Assembly: GCA_036479435.1 (NCBI GenBank)
Contig: JAZGFI010000042.1
Location: forward strand, 1 to 45,183
DNA length: 45,183 bases
DNA from: Planctomycetota bacterium
GTDB lineage: Bacteria > Planctomycetota > GCA-002687715 > DRQF01
Direction of reading: 5' to 3'
Under the pieces are notes generated by a model, which saw only the letters and a list, made by a program, of their open reading frames with translations, was not told where the DNA came from and did no database searches. Shown piece by piece: positions 9,069 through 18,587 of the stretch (within the stretch, counting starts at the first letter, position 1; every line of letters starts with the position of its first letter). A program made the position numbers and the translations under genes.

Positions 9069-9814
9069 ACGACTTGCTCCTCAATCCATCCGTAGCCTTT
9101 GGCCTCAAGTTCGAGCGCGAGGTTTTTGTCGCCGGTCTTCACGATGCGACCGTTGCTTAAGACATGAACGAAGTCGGGAACGACATGGTCGAGGAGGCGT
9201 TGGTAGTGCGTGATGATGACGAACGACCGACCATCGCTGCGCAGCGCGTTGACGCCATCGGCAACGGCTTTTAGGGCGTCGATGTCGAGCCCGGAGTCGG
9301 TCTCATCGAGAATGGCGAGCTTGGGTTCGAGCAAGGCCATCTGAAACACTTCGTTGCGTTTTTTCTCGCCGCCGGAAAAGCCGACGTTGACGGGGCGCTT
9401 CAACAGGTCTTTTTTGAGGGATACGAGCTTCAGTTTTTCGTCGACCAAGGCCATGAAATCCATGGCGTCGAGTTCGTCTTCGCCGCGGGCTTTGCGCTGG
9501 GCGTTCAAGACCGCTTTCAAAAAGTACATGTTGTTGACGCCGGGAATGGCAACCGGATATTGAAAAGCTAAGAAAATGCCCGCGCAGGCGCGTTCTTCGG
9601 GTTCCATCTCCAACAGGTTCTTGCCCTCAAAAAGGACGGATCCTTTGGTGACGTCGTAGCCATCGCGGCCGGCGAGCACGTAAGAAAGCGTGCTTTTCCC
9701 CGATCCGTTTGGACCCATGATGGCGTGTACTTGTCCGGGCTTAACGGAGAGGTTGATCCCCTTGAGGATTTCCTTGCCGTCGACGCTGGCGCTGAGGTCT
9801 TTGATCTCAAGCAT
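9065..9814 (-). CDS. sufC: Fe-S assembly ATPase SufC
   Basis: [41 protein letters not shown]. Confidence 0.98.
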   Translation of the reverse strand: MLEIKDLSASVDGKEILKGINLSVKPGQVHAIMGPNGSGKSTLSYVLAGRDGYDVTKGSVLFEGKNLLEMEPEERACAGIFLAFQYPVAIPGVNNMYFLKAVLNAQRKARGEDELDAMDFMALVDEKLKLVSLKKDLLKRPVNVGFSGGEKKRNEVFQMALLEPKLAILDETDSGLDIDALKAVADGVNALRSDGRSFVIITHYQRLLDHVVPDFVHVLSNGRIVKTGDKNLALELEAKGYGWIEEQVV

Positions 9815-9843
9815 GATTGACTTTCGTTTTTGTCCCGGGGGCC

Positions 9844-11331
9844 CTAGCCCACGGCTCCTTCGAGGCTGACTTCCAGCAACTTCTGGGCTTCAACGGCGAA
9901 CTCCATCGGGAGCTCCTTGAAGACCTCTTTGCAAAAGCCATTGACGATGAGGGATATCGCGGCTTCTTCGGTAAGACCGCGTTGTTTGCAGTAAAAGATC
10001 TGGTCTTCGCCGATCTTTGAGGTTGACGCCTCATGTTCGACCTGGGCGCTAGGGTTTTTGACTTCGAGGTAGGGATAAGTGTGGGCGCCACAGTCCGAAC
10101 CCATCAGCAGCGAGTCGCAAACCGAGTAGTTGCGCGCACCTTCAGCTCGCGGCCCGATCTTGACCAGGCCGCGGTAGGTGTTTTGCCCGAACTGAGCCGA
10201 GATCCCCTTCGAAACGATCGTGCTCTTGGTGTTCCGGCCCAGGTGGATCATCTTGGTACCGGTGTCGGCTTGTTGACGCTTACTGGTCAAAGCCACCGAG
10301 TAAAACTCACCGACAGAATCGTCGCCCTTCAAGATGCAGCTCGGGTACTTCCAAGTGATTGCCGATCCGGTTTCGACTTGAGTCCAAGAGATCTTGGAAG
10401 CCCTGCCTTCGCAAAGGCCGCGTTTGGTGACGAAGTTGAAGATGCCGCCCTTGCCGTTGATGTCGCCGGGGTACCAGTTTTGCACCGTCGAGTACTTGAT
10501 CTCGGCTTCTTCGTGGGCGATGAGTTCGACGACGGCAGCGTGGAGCTGAGTCCGGTCGCGCATCGGGGCGGTGCAACCCTCAAGGTAGCTGACGTAGCTG
10601 CCTTTGTCCGCGATGATCAAGGTGCGTTCGAATTGACCACTTTCCTCCGCGTTGATGCGGAAGTAAGTCGAAAGCTCCATAGGGCAGCGCACACCCTTGG
10701 GGATGTAGACGAAGGAACCGTCACTGAAGACCGCAGCGTTGAGCGCAGCGTAATAGTTGTCGGTGTAGGGCACCACGGTGCCGAGGTACTTTCTTAGAAG
10801 TTCGGGGTGCTCTTGAAGGGCGTCAGAGAACGAGCCAAAGATGATGCCGAGTTCGCCCAGTTTCTCTTTATAGGTCGTCGCGACCGAAACACTATCGAAG
10901 ACCGCGTCAACGGCGACGCCAGCCAAAGCGGCGCGCTCGTGCAAAGGCACGCCGAGTTTCTCGTAAGTCGCTAGCAGCTCTGGATCGACGTCGTCGAGGC
11001 TTTTGGGCGCTTCACCCTTGGGGGCGGCGTAGTAGTAGACGTCTTGGAAGTCGATCTTTGGATAGTGGACTTTGGGCCATTTCGGTTCTTCCAAAGTCAG
11101 CCAGTGGGCGTAGGCCTTGAGCCGATACTCGAGCATGAACGCGGGTTCGTTTTTCTTCGCCGAAATCCGGCGGACGATGTCCGTGTTCAGACCCTTTGGG
11201 AAGTCCTCTTGTTCAATGTCAGTAACAAAGCCCCACTCGTAGTCGCGGTTGGCCAATGCCGCGATCTCGGCGTTTTCTTCGGCGCGATTTTTGGCGTCGG
11301 CGGGTACGGGGCTGTTTTCGTTCGGACTCAT
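9844..11331 (-). CDS. sufB: Fe-S cluster assembly protein SufB
   Basis: [50 protein letters not shown]. Confidence 0.98.
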   Translation of the reverse strand: MSPNENSPVPADAKNRAEENAEIAALANRDYEWGFVTDIEQEDFPKGLNTDIVRRISAKKNEPAFMLEYRLKAYAHWLTLEEPKWPKVHYPKIDFQDVYYYAAPKGEAPKSLDDVDPELLATYEKLGVPLHERAALAGVAVDAVFDSVSVATTYKEKLGELGIIFGSFSDALQEHPELLRKYLGTVVPYTDNYYAALNAAVFSDGSFVYIPKGVRCPMELSTYFRINAEESGQFERTLIIADKGSYVSYLEGCTAPMRDRTQLHAAVVELIAHEEAEIKYSTVQNWYPGDINGKGGIFNFVTKRGLCEGRASKISWTQVETGSAITWKYPSCILKGDDSVGEFYSVALTSKRQQADTGTKMIHLGRNTKSTIVSKGISAQFGQNTYRGLVKIGPRAEGARNYSVCDSLLMGSDCGAHTYPYLEVKNPSAQVEHEASTSKIGEDQIFYCKQRGLTEEAAISLIVNGFCKEVFKELPMEFAVEAQKLLEVSLEGAVG

Positions 11332-11334
11332 GAG

Positions 11335-11775
11335 CTATCGAGCTTTCGTATCGTCGTGACAGGGAACTTGGTCCGTCATATCCGCCAAAGACATGTCGCT
11401 GAGTGCCTCGTGGATCTTATGGTTGATGCGTTGCCAGTTGACCCGCACCCGGCAGTTCTCAGCGATGTTGCAGCTAGCTGCCTCTTCTGGGCCGCAGCAA
11501 CTTGTCATCGCGATGGGGCCTTCGATGGCCTCGATGATCTCCACCAGGCGAATCTGATCCGCTGGCCGAGCTAGTTGATACCCACCCGTGGGACCACGCT
11601 GAGAATCTAGAAGTCCCTCGTGAGAGAGCCCTTTCAGGATTTTGCTGACCATGGGCAAGGGGATGCCGGTTTGGGAGCTTGATTCCTTGGCGCTCAAGAC
11701 ATCGCCCGATTTCAGGCCAACGAATTGGCCAAGGAGCACGATTCCGTAGTCGCTCTGCTTGGTTATGCGCAGCAT
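11335..11775 (-). CDS. Rrf2-family SUF-system transcriptional regulator (IscR/SufR-like)
   Basis: MLRITKQSDYG start, SQRGPTGGYQLARP, Cys cluster SCCGPEEAASCNIAENC; first gene of the suf operon. Confidence 0.93.
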   Translation of the reverse strand: MLRITKQSDYGIVLLGQFVGLKSGDVLSAKESSSQTGIPLPMVSKILKGLSHEGLLDSQRGPTGGYQLARPADQIRLVEIIEAIEGPIAMTSCCGPEEAASCNIAENCRVRVNWQRINHKIHEALSDMSLADMTDQVPCHDDTKAR

Positions 11776-11845
11776 GTGGGGCCTCAAGTCGTTGGTCAAA
11801 AGCAGCTTAGATCAGTCAAAGGGGGACTTTTCACCGCCCTGCGAC

Positions 11846-11870
11846 AAAATGGACCTAAAAGGTCTTCTAT
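11846..11870. promoter_or_regulatory. Putative Rrf2/IscR-type operator 1
   Basis: AAAATGGACCTAAAAGGTCTTCTAT: GAC-N7-GTC dyad in AT-rich flanks, at the predicted transcription start. Confidence 0.65.
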
Positions 11871-11875
11871 GGCCC

Positions 11876-11903
11876 ATGATAGTCGCAGCGGAACCGCCTG
11901 CAA
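11876..11903 (-). promoter_or_regulatory. Putative sigma70 promoter of the suf operon
   Basis: Minus strand TTGCAG-16 nt-TATCAT, lying between the two dyads. Confidence 0.55.
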
Positions 11904-11916
11904 GCGATCAAAACGG

Positions 11917-11941
11917 AAAAAGGACAAATTTGGTCCTGTTT
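11917..11941. promoter_or_regulatory. Putative Rrf2/IscR-type operator 2
   Basis: AAAAAGGACAAATTTGGTCCTGTTT: AGGAC-N7-GTCCT palindrome with the same geometry as operator 1. Confidence 0.7.
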
Positions 11942-11943
11942 GC

Positions 11944-13080
11944 TTAGCCCTCGATCCAAGCGAGGTAGGCGGCGGGGAGCCCTCGGGGGAAAAGTCGTTT
12001 CCGCCAAGTTTTTGCGCTGAAGTCGGGCCGCGGCATCTCCGGACGCGGTACTGCCTTTGGCGCGCTCGCTTTGAGATTGAAGAACGATAGCTCGGCGGGA
12101 CGGTCGCGTTTAGGGTTGACGTCGATCTGGAGCATCCAGTCGTTCCCTCGGTCGCCACATCCGAGACTCACAAAGTGAATTTCGCTGTCTTTTTCCTGCT
12201 CGTGAAACACGTTGTGGCTGCGCCCCGGAAAAGCGCCCGCGTCACCTGCGAGGCACAGGACGGCTTTGCTCTTGGCCAAAGATTCGAGATGGGGTCTGAT
12301 GTCGCGGCGGAAAGGGTGAACCTCGCCAAGTTTTTCCACCATGGACAACAACATCGGCCCGTCATTGCTGGACAAAGCCGCAACGGCCAAACTCGCTGAG
12401 TCGCCCCATATCACGCGGTGGCAACAAATGATGACGGCTCGAATGTGGTCTTGTTGCTGAACGGCGCGAAGCTCTTTTTGAAGCCAGAGAAGTTGCGCGC
12501 CTTGGATCACAAACTCAGGGTGCTCAGAGTCCAACACCAACACTTGCACAGATCTGAATTGAAAGCCGTACCAAAGCGGGCCGAAGTGAATTTCAAAGCG
12601 ACCTCGCGGCAAGTTGTCGTGGTTTCCCAAGACACCCAGCACTGGAAAGGGGAGGCGTTTGAGCACCCGCTGGGTGTGCAAGAGCGTCGCTGGCAACGAG
12701 TCGAAGAAAGTGTCGCCCAAAGCCAACATGAAGTCGGGGTCTCGATCCGAAAGACTGGGGATTGCATTCTCAAAAGAACTGGCCGGGCGAGGCATGCCTT
12801 GGCCCTGTCGGCCGTAGAGGTGGCCGCCGGCTAGGATGCGAACCTGACCGGATCGATCCCGCGTTTCGATGAGCGCGGCTGAGTTTAGCGGCTTGACTGC
12901 CTTGGGGAGCACGCGACGCGAAGGTCGCGGAGCATCCGGGAAGCTGCGAGTTTGCGAGTTTTCCCCGTCGGAGATGGCAGAAGTCTCGGGGCCACAAGTT
13001 ATCAAGCCAGCCGCGATGCACGCGGCCAACACCACGACCACGCTGGCCAGTCCAAGATTCTGTTGCCGCTCCGTCCGCAC
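11944..13080 (-). CDS. Membrane-anchored calcineurin-like metallophosphoesterase with atypical motifs
   Basis: N-terminal hydrophobic segment; LGDTF, GNHD and CHR motifs; GGHLYG and AGDAG in place of DxH and GHxH. Confidence 0.8.
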   Translation of the reverse strand: MRTERQQNLGLASVVVVLAACIAAGLITCGPETSAISDGENSQTRSFPDAPRPSRRVLPKAVKPLNSAALIETRDRSGQVRILAGGHLYGRQGQGMPRPASSFENAIPSLSDRDPDFMLALGDTFFDSLPATLLHTQRVLKRLPFPVLGVLGNHDNLPRGRFEIHFGPLWYGFQFRSVQVLVLDSEHPEFVIQGAQLLWLQKELRAVQQQDHIRAVIICCHRVIWGDSASLAVAALSSNDGPMLLSMVEKLGEVHPFRRDIRPHLESLAKSKAVLCLAGDAGAFPGRSHNVFHEQEKDSEIHFVSLGCGDRGNDWMLQIDVNPKRDRPAELSFFNLKASAPKAVPRPEMPRPDFSAKTWRKRLFPRGLPAAYLAWIEG

Positions 13081-13085
13081 CCGAT

Positions 13086-14447
13086 CTATCCGGCGGTGAC
13101 GGAGATCCCGTCCGCAAGGATGTAGGGCATCATGTAAAGTCCGTGGACTTTGACCCTGTCGGCGGTAATCGCGGTGATATTGCGGTAGAGATCGAGAAGG
13201 TTGCCAGAGATCAAAGTCTCGGTGATGGGGCGGCGCTCGCCGCGTTCAATGAGGTAGCCCGACTTGACCACCCCCGAGAACTCGCCGGTCACAGCATTCG
13301 TGCTGCCGCTGAAGCGATTGACCAAAACTGTGCGCGGTGTGTCGCGCAACAAAGCCTCAAGGTCGTACTCGCCAGCCGCCACTTCAAGTTGGCTGGTGCT
13401 CACACCGGGGATTGCGTTGGCACCTCCGCTCGCGTGCCCGGTGCTGCTCGCGGCATGTTTGGCGGCTCGGGCTTCGTAGTGATTGAACAAGCTGGAAGAA
13501 AAGATGCCGTCCTTGATGATTTCAACGCGGCGGTGGGGCATGCCCTCGCGATCGAAACTGGAAGATCCCACGGCGCCGGGGATCGTGCCATCGTCGTAAA
13601 GCTGGAAACTCGTGCTCGCGATCTTCTCCGCGAACTTATTCGCTAGCGGGCTTTTGCCCTTTCGGATCGAGGGTGCTGCGACCATGGTCACGAGATTGCT
13701 GACCAAAAGTGATGCCACGGCCTCTGGCGAAAACAGAACCTGGCCTTTGAAACTGACGCCCTTACCAGGGTGCAGGGCGCCGATAGCCTTTTTCGAGAAA
13801 GTCGTCCCTGCCTCCGTCAGCGCTGCTTCGAAATCGGCGCGACTCCGGGAATAGCGCCCCTCGGAAACGAAACTGCCGACTTCGTCACCATCAACGGCCA
13901 TGCCGAAGAGGCTGCCGCCGAGATAACTCGTCGACTCGCTGAGGTTGATGCCGGTTGAAGACGCGATCGCTCGCACGGAGCGCGCGCCGGTTACCGAGCC
14001 AGAATCGACGCTGGGTCGAGGATCATGGCTACGGACGGCATCCAATAGGTGGACGCCCAAGCCGGTAACCTCGCTGACACTGAGACCGGCAATGGCGTCG
14101 TCGTAAAGGCCTTGAATGGGCGTCACTTCGACGGGCTCAGCGAGGCCCAGGTGTTCGTCCACGACTGAACTCTTGGCGATCGCCAAGGCGTCGCGCGCAC
14201 TCTCGGCCAGTGTTTCGGGGTCGTTGGTGGCCGCGAAACCCTGCTTCGAATCGGCGATAACGCGGAGTCCGAAGGTGACCTCTTCGTCGGACATCGCGAT
14301 CTGAATGTCGTTGTTTTCAAAAGAGACGCTGCTGCCACCGCCAAAGCCGGCGCAAACTTCGGCTTCATCGGCACCGGCTTCTAAGGCCAAGTCGACGGCG
14401 CGGCGGCACTGGGCCAAAAGTTTGGATTCAGTCATGCTCTCGCTCAT
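13086..14447 (-). CDS. pmbA: TldE/PmbA family protein
   Basis: FDREG, STGHA, TGEFS, ETLISGN; no HExxxH; ATG overlaps the tldD stop (TAATG). Confidence 0.9.
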   Translation of the reverse strand: MSESMTESKLLAQCRRAVDLALEAGADEAEVCAGFGGGSSVSFENNDIQIAMSDEEVTFGLRVIADSKQGFAATNDPETLAESARDALAIAKSSVVDEHLGLAEPVEVTPIQGLYDDAIAGLSVSEVTGLGVHLLDAVRSHDPRPSVDSGSVTGARSVRAIASSTGINLSESTSYLGGSLFGMAVDGDEVGSFVSEGRYSRSRADFEAALTEAGTTFSKKAIGALHPGKGVSFKGQVLFSPEAVASLLVSNLVTMVAAPSIRKGKSPLANKFAEKIASTSFQLYDDGTIPGAVGSSSFDREGMPHRRVEIIKDGIFSSSLFNHYEARAAKHAASSTGHASGGANAIPGVSTSQLEVAAGEYDLEALLRDTPRTVLVNRFSGSTNAVTGEFSGVVKSGYLIERGERRPITETLISGNLLDLYRNITAITADRVKVHGLYMMPYILADGISVTAG

Positions 14448-15847
14448 TACTGCGCACCCCCGAGCAGGGCGCGGCATCGAATGTAGGGGCCGCCGGCATC
14501 GACTTTGGCGGGCTGACCCTTGCCGCAGTATCCCGAGCCCAGGTCCCATCGAAACTCTTTGGAGACTGCGTCAACCGTCTGCATGACTTCAAAGGCGACA
14601 CCGGAAATCGTGACGCCCTTGACGAGCTCAGCAAGTTTGCCGTTTTTAATGCGCACGGCGTTTTGGACCGCAAACATGAATTCGCCCGTGGCGTCGGCTT
14701 GGCCGTTGCGAGGGCCGTCCAATAAGTAGCCGTCTTCGGTACTCGCGATGATCTCCTCAAGAGTTTGTTCGCCGGGGCAAAGGTAGGTGTTGCGCATGCG
14801 AATCAAGGGTTGGTCGGAGTAGTCCCAGGCTCGAGCGTTGCCGGTGGGCTCGACGCCGAAGCGCGCCGCGCTTTCGCGATTGTGGAGGTAAGACTCAAGG
14901 ATGCCATCGCGAATGATCGTGGTCTTTTGTGTGGGTACGCCTTCGTCATCGACGGGCAGCGTGCCGCCAGCACCGGGATGGAACTCCGAAAATCCACTGT
15001 CGCACAAAGTCACCAAGTCGCTTGCCACGCGTTGGCCGATTTTCCCCTGGGCTACGGACCCGGAGAGCACGAAGTCGGCCTCAACCGTGTGGCCGATCGC
15101 CTCGTGGACTAAAAGGCCCACGATGGATGGAGCGAGGATGACCGTGTGGCGGCCGCCTTGCGGGAGTTGGGCATCCAAAAGATCGACTGCGAAGCGCGCG
15201 GAACTTTCTACGAGCGCTTCCCGGCTGCGCCGTTCAAAAAGGCAGTCCCAGTTTCCGGTGACGCCGACGCTTTCGTTGGCCGATGACATCACCCCGTCAC
15301 GCTCGGCTACGGACTGGATGCGAAACTCTGGCCGGACGAGGCGAAAGTTCGCCGCCGCGCCATCGGTCGTAACGAGGGCTTTTTCCTCGTCGATTTCGTT
15401 GTAGACGCAAGTGGCGCTCTTGATGAGATGGCTTTTGCCGCGCGCCTCGGCTTCGGTTTCGAGCGCGAGCTCGACTTTTCTTTCGAGGGGGATGGCGGCG
15501 ACCGCCGCGGCGGCATCATTGGCGAAGTGGCCGCGAGCCAGGACGGTCTTCCCAAGCGGAGGAGCTTTGTCCTTTTTGCGGTCGGCGCTGACTCTCGCGG
15601 CGTCGCGTGCGCGATCGACCGCGCGCTTGATCGAGGCGGCGTCGCTGGAGCCGGTGCTGGAAAATCCCCAGGAACCGTCCTCAAGGACCCGCACGCCGAC
15701 GCCGTTGCGGCGTTTGACGTTGGCTTGCTCGACGCGGCCGCTTTCGACCGCAATTTGCCGGGTCGTTTTTTTGACGTAGCGCAATTCGACAAAGCCCTCG
15801 CAGGTGTCGGCGACACTTTGAAGAACTTCGGTCATTTCAATGGACAT
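14447..15847 (-). CDS. tldD: TldD metalloprotease
   Basis: HEAIGH zinc motif, DDEG, PTGNAR, RMRNT, GYCGKGQ. Confidence 0.93.
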   Translation of the reverse strand: MSIEMTEVLQSVADTCEGFVELRYVKKTTRQIAVESGRVEQANVKRRNGVGVRVLEDGSWGFSSTGSSDAASIKRAVDRARDAARVSADRKKDKAPPLGKTVLARGHFANDAAAAVAAIPLERKVELALETEAEARGKSHLIKSATCVYNEIDEEKALVTTDGAAANFRLVRPEFRIQSVAERDGVMSSANESVGVTGNWDCLFERRSREALVESSARFAVDLLDAQLPQGGRHTVILAPSIVGLLVHEAIGHTVEADFVLSGSVAQGKIGQRVASDLVTLCDSGFSEFHPGAGGTLPVDDEGVPTQKTTIIRDGILESYLHNRESAARFGVEPTGNARAWDYSDQPLIRMRNTYLCPGEQTLEEIIASTEDGYLLDGPRNGQADATGEFMFAVQNAVRIKNGKLAELVKGVTISGVAFEVMQTVDAVSKEFRWDLGSGYCGKGQPAKVDAGGPYIRCRALLGGAQ

Positions 15848-15985
15848 GAATTCCCCTCAATTCCCTTCGTCGGAATCGTCGATGACACTTCCGCGGGGTG
15901 GATTAGCTGCTGCTGGTTCAGCTGAGCGGGATCATTGAAGCCGATTCTCTGCCAACCGGCAAGAGACCGCCGAAAACTTAGGCGG

Positions 15986-16723
15986 CTATCGTCGTTTGAG
16001 GGCGGATTCGACGAAGGCGCGGAATAGCGGGTGGCCGTGTTCTTTTTTAGAGCCGTGTTGCGGCAGAAATGCTACGCCCACGAAGAAGGCTAGCGAAGGT
16101 AACTCGAATCCGGCCACGAATCGGCGGTCGAAGGCTTCACCCTCGGCGCTGAAGGCGAGGCCGGCAGCCTCTAATTCTGCCATGTAGTCGGCGTTGAGTC
16201 CGTAGTGGCTGCGGTAAGATTCGGTGATCTGTTCCTGGCCGTCATAGAACTCACGAAGGCGCGAACCCGCGCTGAGCTTGATCGCGCAGGGCTCTTCTCG
16301 GGGCTTTTCTCCGACGAGATCAGGGGCCAGGCGAGTCAAAAGCGGGTAAAAGCTGTCTTCATCGTAGGCGGTACTGTTGGCCTCGGGGTGGCCCGCCACA
16401 ACGCGTGCGTACTCGATGAGCATGTGCTGGAATCCACCCTCAATGCCGAGCGTGGGCAATTGCTTTTCACGGGCGAACGTGAGTGACGCCAAAACATCGG
16501 GCATCAGACGTCGCAGATGTTTGGGATTCCGGCAGGCGATAAGGACTCCACAGGAGTCGGCCAGGGATTCGGCGGGGTTGCTGAGCTCGTCGGGCGTGAT
16601 CCAGCGCGTGTTGATGACAACCCCCAGCGCTCGTTCGGCATGAATGATCGCGTCGCGTGTTGCGACATGGCCGTCGTACTCGCCGTCGAATGTGCCCAAG
16701 ATACTGATGTGCGTTTGACGCAT
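15986..16723 (-). CDS. Stand-alone CTP-synthase-type class I glutamine amidotransferase domain lacking catalytic residues
   Basis: Resembles the PyrG C-terminal domain (FARE..P.LG, FQH.LIEYAR, ANST, FFVGV); nucleophile elbow reads GIEGG and the His motif reads FLPQ. Confidence 0.8.
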   Translation of the reverse strand: MRQTHISILGTFDGEYDGHVATRDAIIHAERALGVVINTRWITPDELSNPAESLADSCGVLIACRNPKHLRRLMPDVLASLTFAREKQLPTLGIEGGFQHMLIEYARVVAGHPEANSTAYDEDSFYPLLTRLAPDLVGEKPREEPCAIKLSAGSRLREFYDGQEQITESYRSHYGLNADYMAELEAAGLAFSAEGEAFDRRFVAGFELPSLAFFVGVAFLPQHGSKKEHGHPLFRAFVESALKRR

Positions 16724-16809
16724 TGAACTCCCCGCCCCTTTTTACTCTTTCGGCCACCCGGTTGGCGAAGAATCGCTAAATCTCAAAGCTCCAGGGCATT
16801 CGCCCTAGC

Positions 16810-16838
16810 TTGTCGCTGCCAGCGGCCACGCGTAGGAT
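16810..16838 (+). promoter_or_regulatory. Putative sigma70 promoter of the acyl-CoA dehydrogenase gene
   Basis: TTGTCG-17 nt-TAGGAT, 73 nt upstream of an ATG preceded by AGGAG. Confidence 0.5.
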
Positions 16839-16911
16839 GCGGCGTTCGCGGTTTTTGCCACGATAGCGCTCAAATGTCCCCAACGTCCCGGTACTAGGAG
16901 TTCTTGCCGCC

Positions 16912-18105
16912 ATGGCTAGACGGATCGATACCTATCTGAAGGATTTGATCGACGAGGACCGCCTCGACTTCTACAACGCTGTTGCTGAGTTCTCGGATAA
17001 CGAAATCGCTCCGAAAGTTCTCCAGTGGGAACGCGACCATGTACTCATTCCCGACGAGACGATTGCGGCGATGGGGGAGATGGGGCTTTTTGGGGTCCCC
17101 ATTGATGAAGCCTACGGTGGGCAGGGCGGCGACCATCTCGACCTGGTCCTGATGGGTTTGGCGCTTAGCTATCATTCCCACTCGGCGGCGATCACGCCGG
17201 GTGCGGCGATTAGTCTCGGGGCGAAACCCTTGATGCTCTTCGGTAGCGAGGAGCAAAAAAACGCTCACCTTCCCGACCTCGCGGCCGGCCGGCGCATGTT
17301 TGTGTTCGGGCTCACAGAGCCGGCTCGAGGCTCCGACGCTGCGAACCCCGAAGTTGTCGCGACCAAGACGGAATCGGGTTGGGTCATCCGCGGCGAAAAG
17401 TGCTGGTCGACGAATGCGGCATGGTCGAGTCACGTTGTCGTTCACGCTCTGACACATCCCGATGAAAAAAACGGTCGGCGTTCGACCTGCTTCATCGTGC
17501 CCATGAATCATCCGGGTGTTCACTACCAAGAGATGAGCGGCAAAAAGGTCTGGGAACAGTCCAGCACCGGCTCGATCGTCTTTGACAACGTCGAAATCGG
17601 CGAAGACGACATTCTTGGTGAACTAAAGGGCGGCTTCAAAGTCATGGCCAAGACCCTGAACGGTGGCCGGCTCTTCATTGGCAGTTTGGCGCTCGGGTCT
17701 TTGGCCTTTGCTCTCGACAAGTGCTGTGCCTACGCCCAAGAACGGCTGCAGTTCAACGAAATGCCCATCGGCCGCTTCCAACGCGTTCAAGACGTCATCT
17801 TGGACATGGACATCGCGCTGCAACAAAACATCTCTTACTTGATGCACGCGACGAAGCTCTTCATTGAGGATCGTCTCGATCGTGAAACGGCGGCGAAAGT
17901 CAAGATCGCGTGCTCGCGGCAGGCTTCAGATCTCGTCACCAAGGCGATGGAGATCTGTGGCGGCGTGGCCTGTCTTGATGAGTTCGGGTTGATTCGGCAT
18001 CAAGGCGACCTCTTCGTGACGCGAGTTGGCGAAGGCAGTAACTTCGCCCTCAAAAGTCAAATCACGCGCGCTCTCATGCCGGGAATTGCTCGCGACTTGC
18101 AGTAG
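16912..18105 (+). CDS. Acyl-CoA dehydrogenase family protein
   Basis: FGLTEPARGSD, GEKCWSTN, LNGGRL, PIGRFQ, GEGS (catalytic Glu). Confidence 0.95.
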   Translation: MARRIDTYLKDLIDEDRLDFYNAVAEFSDNEIAPKVLQWERDHVLIPDETIAAMGEMGLFGVPIDEAYGGQGGDHLDLVLMGLALSYHSHSAAITPGAAISLGAKPLMLFGSEEQKNAHLPDLAAGRRMFVFGLTEPARGSDAANPEVVATKTESGWVIRGEKCWSTNAAWSSHVVVHALTHPDEKNGRRSTCFIVPMNHPGVHYQEMSGKKVWEQSSTGSIVFDNVEIGEDDILGELKGGFKVMAKTLNGGRLFIGSLALGSLAFALDKCCAYAQERLQFNEMPIGRFQRVQDVILDMDIALQQNISYLMHATKLFIEDRLDRETAAKVKIACSRQASDLVTKAMEICGGVACLDEFGLIRHQGDLFVTRVGEGSNFALKSQITRALMPGIARDLQ

Positions 18106-18119
18106 CTGGGTGGCCTTCG

Positions 18120-18587
18120 ATGCCGTTACTTAGTGAACACGAACTGGGTCTTCGCGTCGATCAACTTCGCAAGGAGTCGAAGAAGATCGGTTTTACTTGC
18201 GGCGTTTTTGATCTGATTCACCCTGGACATGTTCGCTATCTTCGCGCGGCCAAAAAACTCTGTGACTTTTTGATTGTGGCCCTCAACGACGATGCGTCGG
18301 CTCGACGTCACAAGGGTGCTCCCTTGCCTTTGGTGCCGGGTTTGGAGCGAGCGGAGATTCTTGCCGATCTACGCTGGGTCGATGCTGTGGTCATGATGCC
18401 CGACGACCGTCCGCTTCGCCTGCTTGAACTCTACCGCCCGGACTTCTACATCAAAGGCGGCGACTATGCAGCGGGCGAGCTAAAAAGCGCCAAGGCTCTC
18501 GAAGAGTGGGGCGGTGGGACTCAGGTCATCTCGGTCGACAGCGATCACTCCAGTCGCCAGCTCCGGAGTCGAATTCGAGCGGATTAA
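18120..18587 (+). CDS. RfaE/HldE domain II-like nucleotidyltransferase
   Basis: FTCGVFDLIHPGH (HIGH motif), LIVALNDD, KGGDY. Confidence 0.88.
   Translation: MPLLSEHELGLRVDQLRKESKKIGFTCGVFDLIHPGHVRYLRAAKKLCDFLIVALNDDASARRHKGAPLPLVPGLERAEILADLRWVDAVVMMPDDRPLRLLELYRPDFYIKGGDYAAGELKSAKALEEWGGGTQVISVDSDHSSRQLRSRIRAD

Noticed and set aside
13086..15985. RiPP/microcin cluster around tldD-pmbA
   Set aside because: No precursor peptide, YcaO or other modifying enzyme nearby; TldDE is widespread by itself.
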